NCBI GenBank assembly: GCA_024638385.1
Contig: JAHEKJ010000231.1
Location: 71,835 to 135,834, forward strand
DNA: 64,000 nt
Direction: 5' to 3'
DNA from: Gammaproteobacteria bacterium
GTDB taxonomy: Bacteria > Pseudomonadota > Gammaproteobacteria > GCA-001735895
Every line of letters begins with the position of its first letter. Within the stretch, counting starts at the first letter, position 1. Made by a program: the position numbers and the translations under genes. A model generated the notes under the pieces. That model saw only the letters and a list, made by a program, of their open reading frames with translations, did no database searches and was not told the origin of the DNA. Below, piece by piece: positions 9,408-19,077 of the stretch.

Positions 9408-10081
9408 GGCGGGTTCACCGAGCGATCGTCGGCGCAGGCGACCCCGGCGATGCGCCGCGTCACCCGCTCGCCGCCGAGCGCCACGACGATCTCGAGGTCG
9501 AATGCGCTCCCCGGCGGCAGGCCGAAACTGGTCATGCCCCAGTTGTAATCGCCGGGCTCGAAGCGCTGGCGAGTCGGCAGCAGGGCCCAGTGCAACGCGA
9601 TGCGGGCGGCCTCGCTCGTCTCGCCACGCCGCCAGATTTCGCTCCAGCGCTCGCGCGTCAGCAGCCGGCGCGGCGCACCGCGTCGACGGACCTGCCAGTC
9701 GTTCAGGTCGTAGTCGACGGGCATACCGCCGTCGTTGCGAAATATCGTTTGCATGACACAGGCTTCGGCAATCCGGTCGGCGTCCGCGCGCTCGAATCCG
9801 CGGGCGAGAAAGAAAGCCCGGTTCTGGTCCGGCAATCGCTGCACGAGCTCGATCGAGACACCCGCCTCGCGCCACCGCCAGCTGCGCAAGCCGGTATCCG
9901 GATCGTCGCTGATCGCGATCTCGGCCGCCACCGCGGCAGGTAACAACGCGAGCAGCCAGCACCAGCGCCGGATACCGCGCAGCGGTGATTCGCGATCCGG
10001 TCCAATCGCGGCGGAGCGAGACGGCAATCGGCCGGTCACGGATCCAGTCGAGCCGGGCGACGCCGTCGTTCGCTTCGCCAC
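9404..10081 (-). CDS. Hypothetical exported protein (twin-arginine-like IRRWCWLLALLPAAVAA)
   Basis: 225-aa ORF in frame with the coding run. Its stop overlaps the TlpA-like start by 4 nt. No family recognised; the start (GTG at 10081 or downstream) is uncertain. Confidence 0.45.
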   Translation of the reverse strand: MAKRTTASPGSTGSVTGRLPSRSAAIGPDRESPLRGIRRWCWLLALLPAAVAAEIAISDDPDTGLRSWRWREAGVSIELVQRLPDQNRAFFLARGFERADADRIAEACVMQTIFRNDGGMPVDYDLNDWQVRRRGAPRRLLTRERWSEIWRRGETSEAARIALHWALLPTRQRFEPGDYNWGMTSFGLPPGSAFDLEIVVALGGERVTRRIAGVACADDRSVNPP

Positions 10082-10093
10082 CGTATCCCGAAC

Positions 10094-11524
10094 TCAACCC
10101 TTGACGCAAACCAGCGGCTTCAGGCGCGCGATCTTGCGCGCGAGCCCGGCGTGGTCGGCGGCGTCGACGACGGCGGCGACGTCCTTGTAGGCGAGCGGCG
10201 CCTCCTCGGCGACGCCGCGCAACGACGGGCTGCGAACGACGATACCCTCGCGCCTGAGATCATCGACGATCTGTCGGCCCTGCCATTGCCGCTTGGCCTG
10301 ACGCCGGCTCATCGCGCGCCCGGCGCCGTGGCAGGCCGAGCTGAAAGCGCGCTGCTCGCTCTCGAGGGTGCCGGCAAGCACGTATGAGCAGGTGCCCATC
10401 GAACCGCCGATCAGCACCGGTTGCCCGGCGTCGCGCAGCGCCGGCGGCAAATCCCGATGCCCGGGACCGAAGGCGCGCGTCGCGCCCTTGCGGTGCACGT
10501 AGAGTTCGCGCGCCTGGCCGTCGATCTCGTGGACCTCGAGCTTGCAGGTGTTGTGCGATACGTCGTAGAGCAAATCGAGCCGGCTGTCGGAAAAGACCGC
10601 GTCGAAGGCCTGCCGCGTCAGGTGGGTTATGATTTGCCGATTGGCGAGCGCGCAATTGATCGCCGCGCGCATCGCGCCGAGGTAGGACTGGCCGAGGTCC
10701 GACCTGATCGGCGCGCAGGCGAGCTCACGGTCGGGCAACGCGATGCCGTAGTCGCGCGCGCTACCCGCCATCAGCCGCAGGAATTCGGTGCCGATTTGAT
10801 GACCCAGACCGCGCGAGCCGCAGTGAATGCTGACGACGACGTCACCCGGGTGCAGGCCGAAGCGCGTCGCGACCTCGTCGGCGTAAATCTGGTCGACGTA
10901 CTGGACCTCGAGGTAATGATTACCCGAGCCGAGCGTACCCATTTCGTCGCGCTGCCGGCGCTTGGCCTTGTCCGAAACCTGGCTCGGGTCGGCGTCGCGC
11001 ACGCAACCTTGCTCCTCGATGCGCTCGAGATCCTCGGCCGAACCGTAGCCCTGCTCGACCGCCCATTTCGCGCCGCCGCCCAGCATCGCGTCCATGCCCC
11101 GGCTATCGAGCCGGATGCGGCCGGTGCTGCCGACGCCGGCCGGTACGCGCCGGAACAGCTCGTCGGCGAGCGCATCGTTGACCGGGGTTATATCGTCCCG
11201 ACGAAGCCCGCTGTGCAGGCAGCGCACGCCGCAGGAAATATCGAAACCGACGCCGCCGGCGGAGACCACTCCGCCCGCGTCGGCATCGAAGGCAGCGACG
11301 CCGCCGATCGGAAAGCCGTAGCCCCAGTGCGCGTCGGGCATCGCGAAGGAGTGATCGACGATGCCCGGCAGCGTCGCGACGTTGGTCACCTGCTGGTAGA
11401 CCTTGTCGTCCATCGCCTCGATCAGCGCGCGGTCGGCGTAGATGATCGCGGGTACCCGCATCTTGCCGTGCGCCGGGATTTCCCAGGTGTTTTCGTCGCG
11501 TTGTTCGAATCGGTTGATGTCCAT
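10094..11524 (-). CDS. rtcB: RNA 3'-phosphate/2',3'-cyclic phosphate ligase RtcB
   Basis: 476 aa. RtcB pattern: LPGIVDHSFAMPDAHWGYGFPIGGVAAFD, GFDISCGVR, SGNHYLEVQ, HCGSRGLGHQ, SACHGAGR. Confidence 0.95.
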   Translation of the reverse strand: MDINRFEQRDENTWEIPAHGKMRVPAIIYADRALIEAMDDKVYQQVTNVATLPGIVDHSFAMPDAHWGYGFPIGGVAAFDADAGGVVSAGGVGFDISCGVRCLHSGLRRDDITPVNDALADELFRRVPAGVGSTGRIRLDSRGMDAMLGGGAKWAVEQGYGSAEDLERIEEQGCVRDADPSQVSDKAKRRQRDEMGTLGSGNHYLEVQYVDQIYADEVATRFGLHPGDVVVSIHCGSRGLGHQIGTEFLRLMAGSARDYGIALPDRELACAPIRSDLGQSYLGAMRAAINCALANRQIITHLTRQAFDAVFSDSRLDLLYDVSHNTCKLEVHEIDGQARELYVHRKGATRAFGPGHRDLPPALRDAGQPVLIGGSMGTCSYVLAGTLESEQRAFSSACHGAGRAMSRRQAKRQWQGRQIVDDLRREGIVVRSPSLRGVAEEAPLAYKDVAAVVDAADHAGLARKIARLKPLVCVKG

Positions 11525-11542
11525 GATTTCACCCTCGCGGTT

Positions 11543-11965
11543 CTAGACGTCGATGATGCATTGCGCGATCCATTCGCCGTTGTCCGCCTGATATACCCCG
11601 AGCTCGGTCAGCGTGGCGCCCTTGACCTCGACCGCCGGCTGATGCTTGCCCGGATTCGCGGTCTCGCCGTAGAGCCGCGCGGTCAGCCGATGATCGTCGA
11701 TCACGACATCGAAGCGGCCGAACAGCATCTTGCGGGTCGCCATCTGGTAGACGATCTCGTTCAGCCAGTCGACCAGCAGCATTTCGTAGTCCGCCGCTTC
11801 GCACTCGACGGCGACCGCTTCGGCCGGCTCGATCCGGTCGAGATCGGTGACGACCGCGGACATCGCCAGCGCCGCCCGGGCGAAGGCTTGCGCCGGGTCG
11901 GCACCGCGCCCCCTGACGCCGATATCGGCGCCGTGCTCGAGGTGTTCCCATTCGGGTGCCGTCAT
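11543..11965 (-). CDS. Archease (RtcB activator family)
   Basis: 140 aa. Starts EHLEHGADIGVRG and ends KGATLTEL...IIDV, the conserved archease termini. Ends 18 nt upstream of rtcB. Confidence 0.85.
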   Translation of the reverse strand: MTAPEWEHLEHGADIGVRGRGADPAQAFARAALAMSAVVTDLDRIEPAEAVAVECEAADYEMLLVDWLNEIVYQMATRKMLFGRFDVVIDDHRLTARLYGETANPGKHQPAVEVKGATLTELGVYQADNGEWIAQCIIDV

Positions 11966-12132
11966 TGATCGGTTCCGCCAGCGGTTCCTGCACTCAGGCG
12001 AGAGTTTATCACCGGTCGCCCGGCGGGCCGTGATCTTTGTCGAATAGCGCGCGACCGCGCGAACGATGGCGTTTGGTCAGCGCCGGGGATTTGATTACCA
12101 TGGCGTTCCGATCGCTGCGAGACAACGCATCC

Positions 12133-13479
12133 ATGGCCAGCAATACCGAACCGACGCGGGTCGTCATCATGGGCGCCGCCGGGCGCGATTTTCACAATTT
12201 CAACCTGGTCTACCGCGACGATCCCGGCTGCCGTGTCGTCGCCTTCACCGCCGAGCAGATTCCCGATATCGCCGGACGCCGCTACCCCGCATCGCTGGCC
12301 GGGGCGCTCTACCCCGAGGGCATCCCGATCGTCGAGGAAGCGGCGCTCGAATCCCTGTGTCGCGAAGAAAACGTCGACGAAGTCGTGTTCGCCTACAGCG
12401 ACGTCAGCCACGACCAGCTCATGCACGAGGCCTCGCTGGTGCTCGCGGCGGGCGCCGATTTCCGCCTGCTGGGGCCGCGCCGCACGATGCTGCAGGCGCG
12501 GGTGCCGGTGATCGCGATTTGCGCGGTGCGCACCGGCTGCGGCAAATCGCAGACCACGCGCTGGCTCGCCAGCCGGTTGAAACAAAAGGGGCTGCGGGTC
12601 GCCGTGATTCGCCACCCGATGCCCTACGGCGATCTCGAAAAACAGGCGGTGCAGCGGTTCGCCGCGCGCGCCGACCTCGACGCCGCCGACTGCACGATCG
12701 AAGAGCGCGAGGAGTACGAGCCTCACCTCGCCGCGGGCTCGATCGTCTACGCCGGTGTCGATTACGCCGATATCGTCGCGCAGGCAGAGCGGGAGGCCGA
12801 TATCATCCTGTGGGACGGCGGCAACAACGACTTCTCCTTCATCCGCCCCGATCTGCACGTCGTGCTCGTCGACCCGTTGCGCCCGGGCCACGAGACCAGC
12901 CACTATCCCGGCGAAACCGTGCTGCGCATGGCCGACGTGGTCGTGCTGGCGAAAGTCAACTCGGCCGCCGATGCCGACGTGCAGCGCGTCAGCGACAACG
13001 TGCGCGCGATCAATCCCGAAGCCCCGATCGTGCGTGGCGCGTCTCCCGTCCGGCTCGACAACCCCGACGCGGTGCGCGGCAAGCGCGTGCTGGTCATCGA
13101 AGACGGCCCGACCATCACCCACGGCGGCATGCCCTACGGCGCCGGTTACGTCGCCGCGACCCAGGCGCAGGCGGCGGAGATCGTCGACCCGCGCGCCGCG
13201 GCGAGCGCGAGCATTGCCCGGGCTTACGCGCGCTATCCGCACATCGGCAGCGTCCTGCCCGCGCTCGGTTATCACCCGGCGCAGCTCGAGGACCTGCGCG
13301 CGACGATCGCCGCGGTCGATGCCGACGTCGTCGTTGCGGCGACGCCATGCGATCTCGGCGCGCTAATCGAAATCGACAAGCCCGTCGTGCGTGTGTTCTA
13401 CGAGTTCACCGAGATCGGCGAGCCGTCGTTGAGTGGGCTGGTTGACGCATTTCTGGAACGGGATAAAACCGCCCGCTAG
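12133..13479 (+). CDS. Cyclic 2,3-diphosphoglycerate synthetase-like P-loop protein
   Basis: In-frame ATG at 12133 ([24 protein letters not shown]); the track ORF starts at TTG 12037. Walker A RTGCGKSQ. Resembles cpgS-like proteins often annotated as GTPases. Confidence 0.6.
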   Translation: MASNTEPTRVVIMGAAGRDFHNFNLVYRDDPGCRVVAFTAEQIPDIAGRRYPASLAGALYPEGIPIVEEAALESLCREENVDEVVFAYSDVSHDQLMHEASLVLAAGADFRLLGPRRTMLQARVPVIAICAVRTGCGKSQTTRWLASRLKQKGLRVAVIRHPMPYGDLEKQAVQRFAARADLDAADCTIEEREEYEPHLAAGSIVYAGVDYADIVAQAEREADIILWDGGNNDFSFIRPDLHVVLVDPLRPGHETSHYPGETVLRMADVVVLAKVNSAADADVQRVSDNVRAINPEAPIVRGASPVRLDNPDAVRGKRVLVIEDGPTITHGGMPYGAGYVAATQAQAAEIVDPRAAASASIARAYARYPHIGSVLPALGYHPAQLEDLRATIAAVDADVVVAATPCDLGALIEIDKPVVRVFYEFTEIGEPSLSGLVDAFLERDKTAR

Positions 13480-14408
13480 CCCCACCAGCGGATCGGGTCG
13501 TCGTCGCGCGTGATCACGGTACCGGCATCGCCGGCGAGGATCGCCGCCGCGTCCGCGAGCCGGCCGATGCCGGCAATGCCGCCAGCGTGCGCGGCAAACT
13601 CGCAGGCCGCCTCGACCTTCGGCGCCATCGACCCGGCCTCGAACTCGCGTTCGCGCGCGGCGCCGATCGATATCCGCCGGATCGCCCGCGCGCCCGGCGT
13701 ACCCCAGTCCGCGTAGACGGCGTCGACGTCGGTCAACATCAAAAAGGCATCGGCTTCGAGTTCGCGCGCGAGCAGCGCGCTCGCGAAATCCTTGTCGATC
13801 ACGGCCTCGACGCCGACGAGCCGCGCGTCGTCGCGGCGTACGACCGGGATACCGCCGCCGCCGGCGCAGATCACGATCACCTGCTGCGCGAGCAGCAGTT
13901 CGATCACGCCGAGCTCGAGGATGCGCCGCGGCCGCGGTGACGGCACGACGCGGCGAAACGCCTTGCCGTCGCGCGCGATCGTCCAGCCACGACGGTCGGC
14001 AATCTCGCGAGCCTCGGCCTCGTCGTAGACCGGACCGATCGGCTTGCTCGGACTGACGAAGGCGGGATCCCGCGGGTCGACCTCGACCTGGGTCAGCAGC
14101 GTCGCACAGCGCCGCTCCGGCGGCAGCAGGTTTTGCAATTCCTGCTCGATCAGGTAGCCGATCATGCCCTCGGTCTCGGCGTCGAGCACGTCGAGCGGAT
14201 AACTGACGTCGTCGCCGCAGGCCGCGTCCTGCAGCGCCAACAGCCCCACCTGCGGGCCGTTGCCGTGGGTGATCACGAGTTCGTGCGCGGCCGCGAGCGG
14301 CGCCAGCGCGGCGGCCGCGATCCGAACGTTGCGGCGCTGGTTTTCCGCGCTCAGGACCTCGCCCCGTTCGAGCAGGGCGTTACCGCCGAGGGCGACGACG
14401 ACGCGCAT
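13476..14408 (-). CDS. arcC: Carbamate kinase
   Basis: 310 aa. Pattern: [32 protein letters not shown]. Confidence 0.9.
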   Translation of the reverse strand: MRVVVALGGNALLERGEVLSAENQRRNVRIAAAALAPLAAAHELVITHGNGPQVGLLALQDAACGDDVSYPLDVLDAETEGMIGYLIEQELQNLLPPERRCATLLTQVEVDPRDPAFVSPSKPIGPVYDEAEAREIADRRGWTIARDGKAFRRVVPSPRPRRILELGVIELLLAQQVIVICAGGGGIPVVRRDDARLVGVEAVIDKDFASALLARELEADAFLMLTDVDAVYADWGTPGARAIRRISIGAAREREFEAGSMAPKVEAACEFAAHAGGIAGIGRLADAAAILAGDAGTVITRDDDPIRWWG

Positions 14409-15407
14409 TCAGTCCTCCAGGGTCGCAACCAGCACGGCCTTGATCGTGTGCAGGCGATTTTCCGCCTGCGCGAACACGATCGACGCGTCGGATTCGAATA
14501 CCTCGTCGGTGACTTCCATCGCGTCGAGGCCGTACTGCCGGTAGATCCGCTCGCCGATCTCGGTTTCGCGGTTGTGGAAAGCCGGCAGGCAGTGCATGAA
14601 TTTGACCGCCGGGTTGCCGGTTAACGCGAGCAGCTCTTGATTGACCTGGAAGGGCTCGAGCAACTCGATGCGCTCGGCCCAGACCGACTCCGGCTCGCCC
14701 ATCGAGACCCAGACGTCGGTGTAGACGAAGTCGGCGCCGGCGAGCGCGGTCGGCAGATCCGCGGTGATTTCGAGCCGGCCGCCGTTCTCCTGCGCGATAT
14801 TGTGGCAGCGCGCGATCAGCGCGGTGTCGGGATGCAGCGTGTCCGGCGCGGCCATGCGGAAGTCCAGCCCCATCTTGGCCGCGCCTACCATCAGCGAATC
14901 GCCCATGTTGCCGCGGCCGTCGCCGACGTAGCACAGGCTGATCTCGGACAACGGCAGTTCCGAGAATTCCTCCATCGTCAGCAGGTCGGCCAGCACCTGC
15001 GTCGGGTGGTACTCGTCGGTCAGGCCGTTCCAGACGGGCACGCCGTGACGCCCCAGTTCTTCCGCGGTTGCCTGGCCGAAGCCGCGGTACTCGATGCCGT
15101 CGTACATGCGCGCCAGCACCCGCGCGGTGTCGCGCATCGATTCCTTGACCCCGATCTGGCTGCCGCTCGGGCCGAGGTAGGTGACGTTGGCGCCCTGATC
15201 GAAAGCGGCGACCTCGAACGCGCAACGCGTGCGCGTCGACGTTTTCTCGAAAATCAGCGCGACGTTCTTACCGCGCAGTTTCGCCTGCTCGATGCCGGCG
15301 TACTTGTCGGCCTTGAGTCGCGCCGCCAGGTCCAGCAGGTAACGGATTTCGGCGGGCGTGAAATCCAGCAGTTTCAGAAAGTTGCGCTGATTCAGGTCCA
15401 GTTTCAT
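14409..15407 (-). CDS. Ornithine carbamoyltransferase (ArcB/ArgF family)
   Basis: Start taken at [16 protein letters not shown] (ATG 15407), 9 codons inside the track ORF. Carries STRTR, HPTQ and HCLP motifs. Its stop abuts the arcC start with zero gap. Confidence 0.92.
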   Translation of the reverse strand: MKLDLNQRNFLKLLDFTPAEIRYLLDLAARLKADKYAGIEQAKLRGKNVALIFEKTSTRTRCAFEVAAFDQGANVTYLGPSGSQIGVKESMRDTARVLARMYDGIEYRGFGQATAEELGRHGVPVWNGLTDEYHPTQVLADLLTMEEFSELPLSEISLCYVGDGRGNMGDSLMVGAAKMGLDFRMAAPDTLHPDTALIARCHNIAQENGGRLEITADLPTALAGADFVYTDVWVSMGEPESVWAERIELLEPFQVNQELLALTGNPAVKFMHCLPAFHNRETEIGERIYRQYGLDAMEVTDEVFESDASIVFAQAENRLHTIKAVLVATLED

Positions 15408-15508
15408 GAGCTGTTCGCCAGAGCTTCGATACAACCGGCACCAATATACCCGGCGAATCGGAGCTTTTGTTGTTGAATATCAATGCTCGCCCGACTAGTT
15501 TACCGGCT

Positions 15509-16621
15509 ATGCGGATCGAGCCAATCGCCAATGCGCCGTTCGGCGTTACCGTCAAACAAGTCGATTGCGCGCGCGCGGAACCGGATGCGATCGACGCGCT
15601 GCGCGCAACGCTGCACGAATACGAGCTCCTCCTATTCCCCGGCCAACAGCACCTGACGCCGCGCGAAGAGGTCGCTTTCTGTCGCGCGATCGATGTCGAC
15701 GGCAAGGGCGTCTGGCGCGACCAGGTCAACAACCCGTGGGAAGTCTACAAGGTCGAACAGGGCAACGCGGCCGGCACCTACCAGCTGCCCGGCGAGCCCG
15801 GCGTGCTGGTGCTCGGCCAAGGCGAGATCGACCACTTCGGGCTGCGCGTCACGCTCGGCGGCGAGCGCCGCGCCTACGGCGCGGAGCGCGGCTCGCAGGT
15901 ACTCGGCGGTGGAGTGTTGCAATGGCACATCGACGGCGCGTTCTACGATCACGCGCCGTGCCGCTACACGCAGATGCGCTGCATCGAGGCGCCATCAGGG
16001 GACGGCCACTGGCTGTCTTACGACGACGGCTCCGGCGATCGACTGCGGTGCGCCGCCGGCGCGACCGCGTTCGCCAGCGGGCGGATCGCGTTCGATTTGT
16101 TGCCCGAGGATGAGCGGGAAATATGCCTGCGCACCCGCGTGCATTACGCCAGCAACCCGTTCCAGGCCGCCTACAGGCTCGGCAACAGCGGTAACGGATT
16201 GCGCATCGTCGACCCCGACACCGAGGCGCGCTACGCGCGCGGCGACGAGCCACCCGGCGGACCGCTCGACGACCCGCGCGCGCAGGTTTACCCGCTGGTC
16301 TGGACCTGCCCGGATACGCAACGCCACGCGCTGATGCCGCACCCGCGCTGCCTGCACGCGCTCGAAATCGAAACCGATTCGGACAGTCGCTTTCTCGGCC
16401 TCACCGAATCGAGATTGCTGGTGGAAAAGTGGATGCGCCCCGCGATCGACCCGGCGCGCGTCTACGTGCACGCGTGGCGGCCCGGCGATCTCGTGCTCTG
16501 GTACAACCGCTCGGTCTGGCACTCGGCCACCGGCAAGCTCGCCCCCGACGATCGCCGCGTCATGCACCTGACCGCGTTCAACGGCGCCGAGACGCCTCGC
16601 CGCGACTCCGGCAACGACTGA
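15509..16621 (+). CDS. TauD/TfdA-family Fe(II)/2-oxoglutarate dioxygenase
   Basis: Start taken at MRIEPIANAPFGVTV. Has WHIDGAF (HxD iron ligands) and a C-terminal WYNRSVWHSATG-type histidine region. Confidence 0.7.
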   Translation: MRIEPIANAPFGVTVKQVDCARAEPDAIDALRATLHEYELLLFPGQQHLTPREEVAFCRAIDVDGKGVWRDQVNNPWEVYKVEQGNAAGTYQLPGEPGVLVLGQGEIDHFGLRVTLGGERRAYGAERGSQVLGGGVLQWHIDGAFYDHAPCRYTQMRCIEAPSGDGHWLSYDDGSGDRLRCAAGATAFASGRIAFDLLPEDEREICLRTRVHYASNPFQAAYRLGNSGNGLRIVDPDTEARYARGDEPPGGPLDDPRAQVYPLVWTCPDTQRHALMPHPRCLHALEIETDSDSRFLGLTESRLLVEKWMRPAIDPARVYVHAWRPGDLVLWYNRSVWHSATGKLAPDDRRVMHLTAFNGAETPRRDSGND

Positions 16622-16707
16622 TTTTCGCTGCAGAAAGAAAAATGGAGCGCGCCCGGTGCTGATGTAATGGGGAGTTCCAGGCGCGCCCCATTCAATACTA
16701 CTCTGGA

Positions 16708-17391
16708 CTAATCGTCGTCGTTACCGCCCGTTTTACTGATCGTGATTTTCGCGACCGGATTGCGCCAGTCGTAGACCGACGCGGCGAGATCGCCGATGCC
16801 GTGGATCCCGCGGTGAATGTGGATATAGCCTTCGTCACCCGGATCGGCCATTGGCGACAGCCCGCCGCCCTGGCAGGTCGGGCCCGGAATGTTCAGGCAC
16901 AGCTCGTCGTTGGGCTCGGTGCCGGCATCGTAACCGGGCGACCAATAGCTGCGCGTGCCGTGGCGGGGGGCCTTGACGCTGTCGAGTGCGATGAAGCCGT
17001 CGTTGGTCGGCAGCATCATCGACGCGAGGCTGATGCGTCTGGTGCCGCGCCGCGCCTCGACCGTGACCGTGACCGAATCTCCGGGCAACAGCAAGCTGCC
17101 CGAATTCTGCACGTCGCCGACGCCGGCAAGGCCCGACAGCAGCGCGGTTGCCGGCCCGACGTCACCGGCCTCGGCGATCGCGGCAAGCTCGTCGATCGCC
17201 GGATCGCCCGGCTCGAACAGGTCGACGCTGCTGCGGTGGGTTACCACCAGGATCGGTGTAAACGTGATCGAATGGGTGAGATTCGTGATCGTGACGTGAT
17301 AGCGTACGCCGTCGCCGGCGGTCGCCGCGGAGGCGAACAGTAAGGTGGCAACAAGCCCGGTCAGAGCCAGGCGAACGGAGGGATTGAACAT
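16708..17391 (-). CDS. Secreted spondin_N-domain protein
   Basis: 227 aa with a signal peptide. Pattern: YHVTITNLTHSITFTPILVVTH ... AIAEAGD ... MLPTNDGF, as in bacterial spondin N-terminal domain proteins. Confidence 0.65.
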   Translation of the reverse strand: MFNPSVRLALTGLVATLLFASAATAGDGVRYHVTITNLTHSITFTPILVVTHRSSVDLFEPGDPAIDELAAIAEAGDVGPATALLSGLAGVGDVQNSGSLLLPGDSVTVTVEARRGTRRISLASMMLPTNDGFIALDSVKAPRHGTRSYWSPGYDAGTEPNDELCLNIPGPTCQGGGLSPMADPGDEGYIHIHRGIHGIGDLAASVYDWRNPVAKITISKTGGNDDD

Positions 17392-17592
17392 GATGCTCTC
17401 CTGATAGCTTCGAAGAGCACAGCATGCGCGCCGGAAATCACGCGCGTTTCACCAATTTATAACATTTCCGTCACGCCATTGGTTCGGGGTCAATCTCGCT
17501 GTTACCGGCAAAGCGGATGCGGGTACTGCGGTACGTCAGGTCAAACGGGTTTGCCGCCCCTCTGTTTTAGGGAAAAACCTGGCGGTGCAGAA

Positions 17593-19068
17593 TCACGCGC
17601 TGATCGGCAGCGAGAATTTGATGGTCGTGCCGCGCTCGAGCGCGCTGTCGACGCAGAGTTGGCTGCCGTGCAATTCGACGATGCGCGACGCGATCGTGAG
17701 CCCGAGACCGAGGCCCGCGTGCTCTTCGCCGCCGTTGGCCTGGTCCTTGCGGTAATAGCGTTCGAGCACCCGTGGCAACGCTTCGGCATCGATGCCGGCG
17801 CCGCTATCCGACACCGCGACCTCGACGTTGCCATCGAGCTTCGACAGGCGCAACGCGATGCGCCCGTCCGCCGGCGTATGCTTGAACGAATTGTCGATCA
17901 GGTTTTCGAGCACGCGCTCGATCATACCGACGTCGGCGAGCACGTACGGCACCGATTCGTCGGCGATCACTTCGAAATCGATGTGCTTTTCGCGCGCGCG
18001 CAGGTGGAACTGGTGCGACAGATCGAAGGCGAGCTCGGCAAGCGAGAATTGCTCGCGCTGCGGTTGCACCTCGTTGAACTCGAGCTTGGCGAGCTCGAAC
18101 AATTCGTCGACCAACGTGCGCAGCCGTGCGGCATTGTCACAGGCGATGTTCAGGTAGGCCTGCTTCTCCCCGTCGCTGAGCGTATCCGCCTTGAGCTGCA
18201 GGGTTTCGAGGAAACCCGACAGCGACGCCAGCGGCGTACGCAGATCGTGCGAAACGTTGGCCACCAGCTCGCGACGCAAGGACTCGGCTTCGCGCAGACC
18301 GTCGACTTGCTGCTGAATTCGCCGCGCCATCGCCTGAAAGGTCGCCGCCATGGACTCGATCTCGTCGAGCTTTTCGCTATCAAAGTCGGCTGGAGCGTCG
18401 GCCGGTAGCAGTTTGGCGGTCTTGAATTCCTGCATCGCGGCCGACAGCAGACGCAACTTGCGCATCAAGAAGAAGAACATGACGAGCCCGGCGACGAAGG
18501 CGAACGCGAGCGCGATGACGATCGCGCCGAGGCTCCATTTCATGATCAGGCTGCGCTGCAGGACGTCGGTGACGTGGGCGATCTTCTCGCTGCCGAGAAT
18601 CGCGTAGATATAGCCCCGGCGCTCGTTGCCGAAGTCGATCGGCGCGACGGTAAAGCTGTTCTGGCGATTCTCGTGGCCGGGATCGTCGCCCATTATCAGT
18701 CCCCGTTCGTCACCAGCGAGAAACGCCCTGATCGGACCGAGCGAAATCCAGCGGCGCTTGACCCGGTCGCGCGGCATCGAGTGCGCGACGACCTGGCCGT
18801 TCGGATCGAGCAGGTAGAGCTCGAGACTCGGGTTGATCGTCATGACGTTACGAAACAGCTCGCCGAGATTATCGCGCCGCACCTGGCCGTCCTCGACCAG
18901 CACGTGCTCGTTGACGATATAGGTCGCGAGATCGCGATTGAGCCGCTGGCTGACCTCTTGCTGGTACATCGGCGCGGTATACATCGCGACCGCGAGAAAC
19001 ACCGCGCCGATCAGGATGAACAGCGCGAACAACACGAGGACCAGCTTGAGATAGAGACTGTGCAGCAC
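17593..19068 (-). CDS. Sensor histidine kinase (two TM segments, HAMP, HisKA, HATPase_c)
   Basis: 491 aa. H-box VANVSHDLRTPLASL, N-box ENLIDNSFKHT, G-boxes DSGAGI and GLGLGLTI. Confidence 0.9.
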   Translation of the reverse strand: MLHSLYLKLVLVLFALFILIGAVFLAVAMYTAPMYQQEVSQRLNRDLATYIVNEHVLVEDGQVRRDNLGELFRNVMTINPSLELYLLDPNGQVVAHSMPRDRVKRRWISLGPIRAFLAGDERGLIMGDDPGHENRQNSFTVAPIDFGNERRGYIYAILGSEKIAHVTDVLQRSLIMKWSLGAIVIALAFAFVAGLVMFFFLMRKLRLLSAAMQEFKTAKLLPADAPADFDSEKLDEIESMAATFQAMARRIQQQVDGLREAESLRRELVANVSHDLRTPLASLSGFLETLQLKADTLSDGEKQAYLNIACDNAARLRTLVDELFELAKLEFNEVQPQREQFSLAELAFDLSHQFHLRAREKHIDFEVIADESVPYVLADVGMIERVLENLIDNSFKHTPADGRIALRLSKLDGNVEVAVSDSGAGIDAEALPRVLERYYRKDQANGGEEHAGLGLGLTIASRIVELHGSQLCVDSALERGTTIKFSLPISA

Positions 19069-19077
19069 GGCCGGGCG

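Noticed and set aside
8898-10109. 403-aa ORF as a single gene
   Set aside because: Only its C-terminal 169 aa form a coherent protein (signal peptide plus CPPC thioredoxin fold). The upstream part is Arg-rich read-through that overlaps a better ORF in another frame. Split into two genes joined by a GTGA overlap.
10421-13275. 515-aa plus-strand ORF over rtcB/archease and 437-aa minus-strand ORF over the cpgS-like gene
   Set aside because: Both are antisense to recognisable genes and have no motifs of their own.
16640-16700. Bidirectional terminator between the TauD-like and spondin genes
   Set aside because: Two alternative imperfect stems can be drawn (aatgggg/ccccatt and ggagcgcgcc/ggcgcgcccc). 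Neither is followed by a clear T-run on either strand, so it is too ambiguous to annotate.
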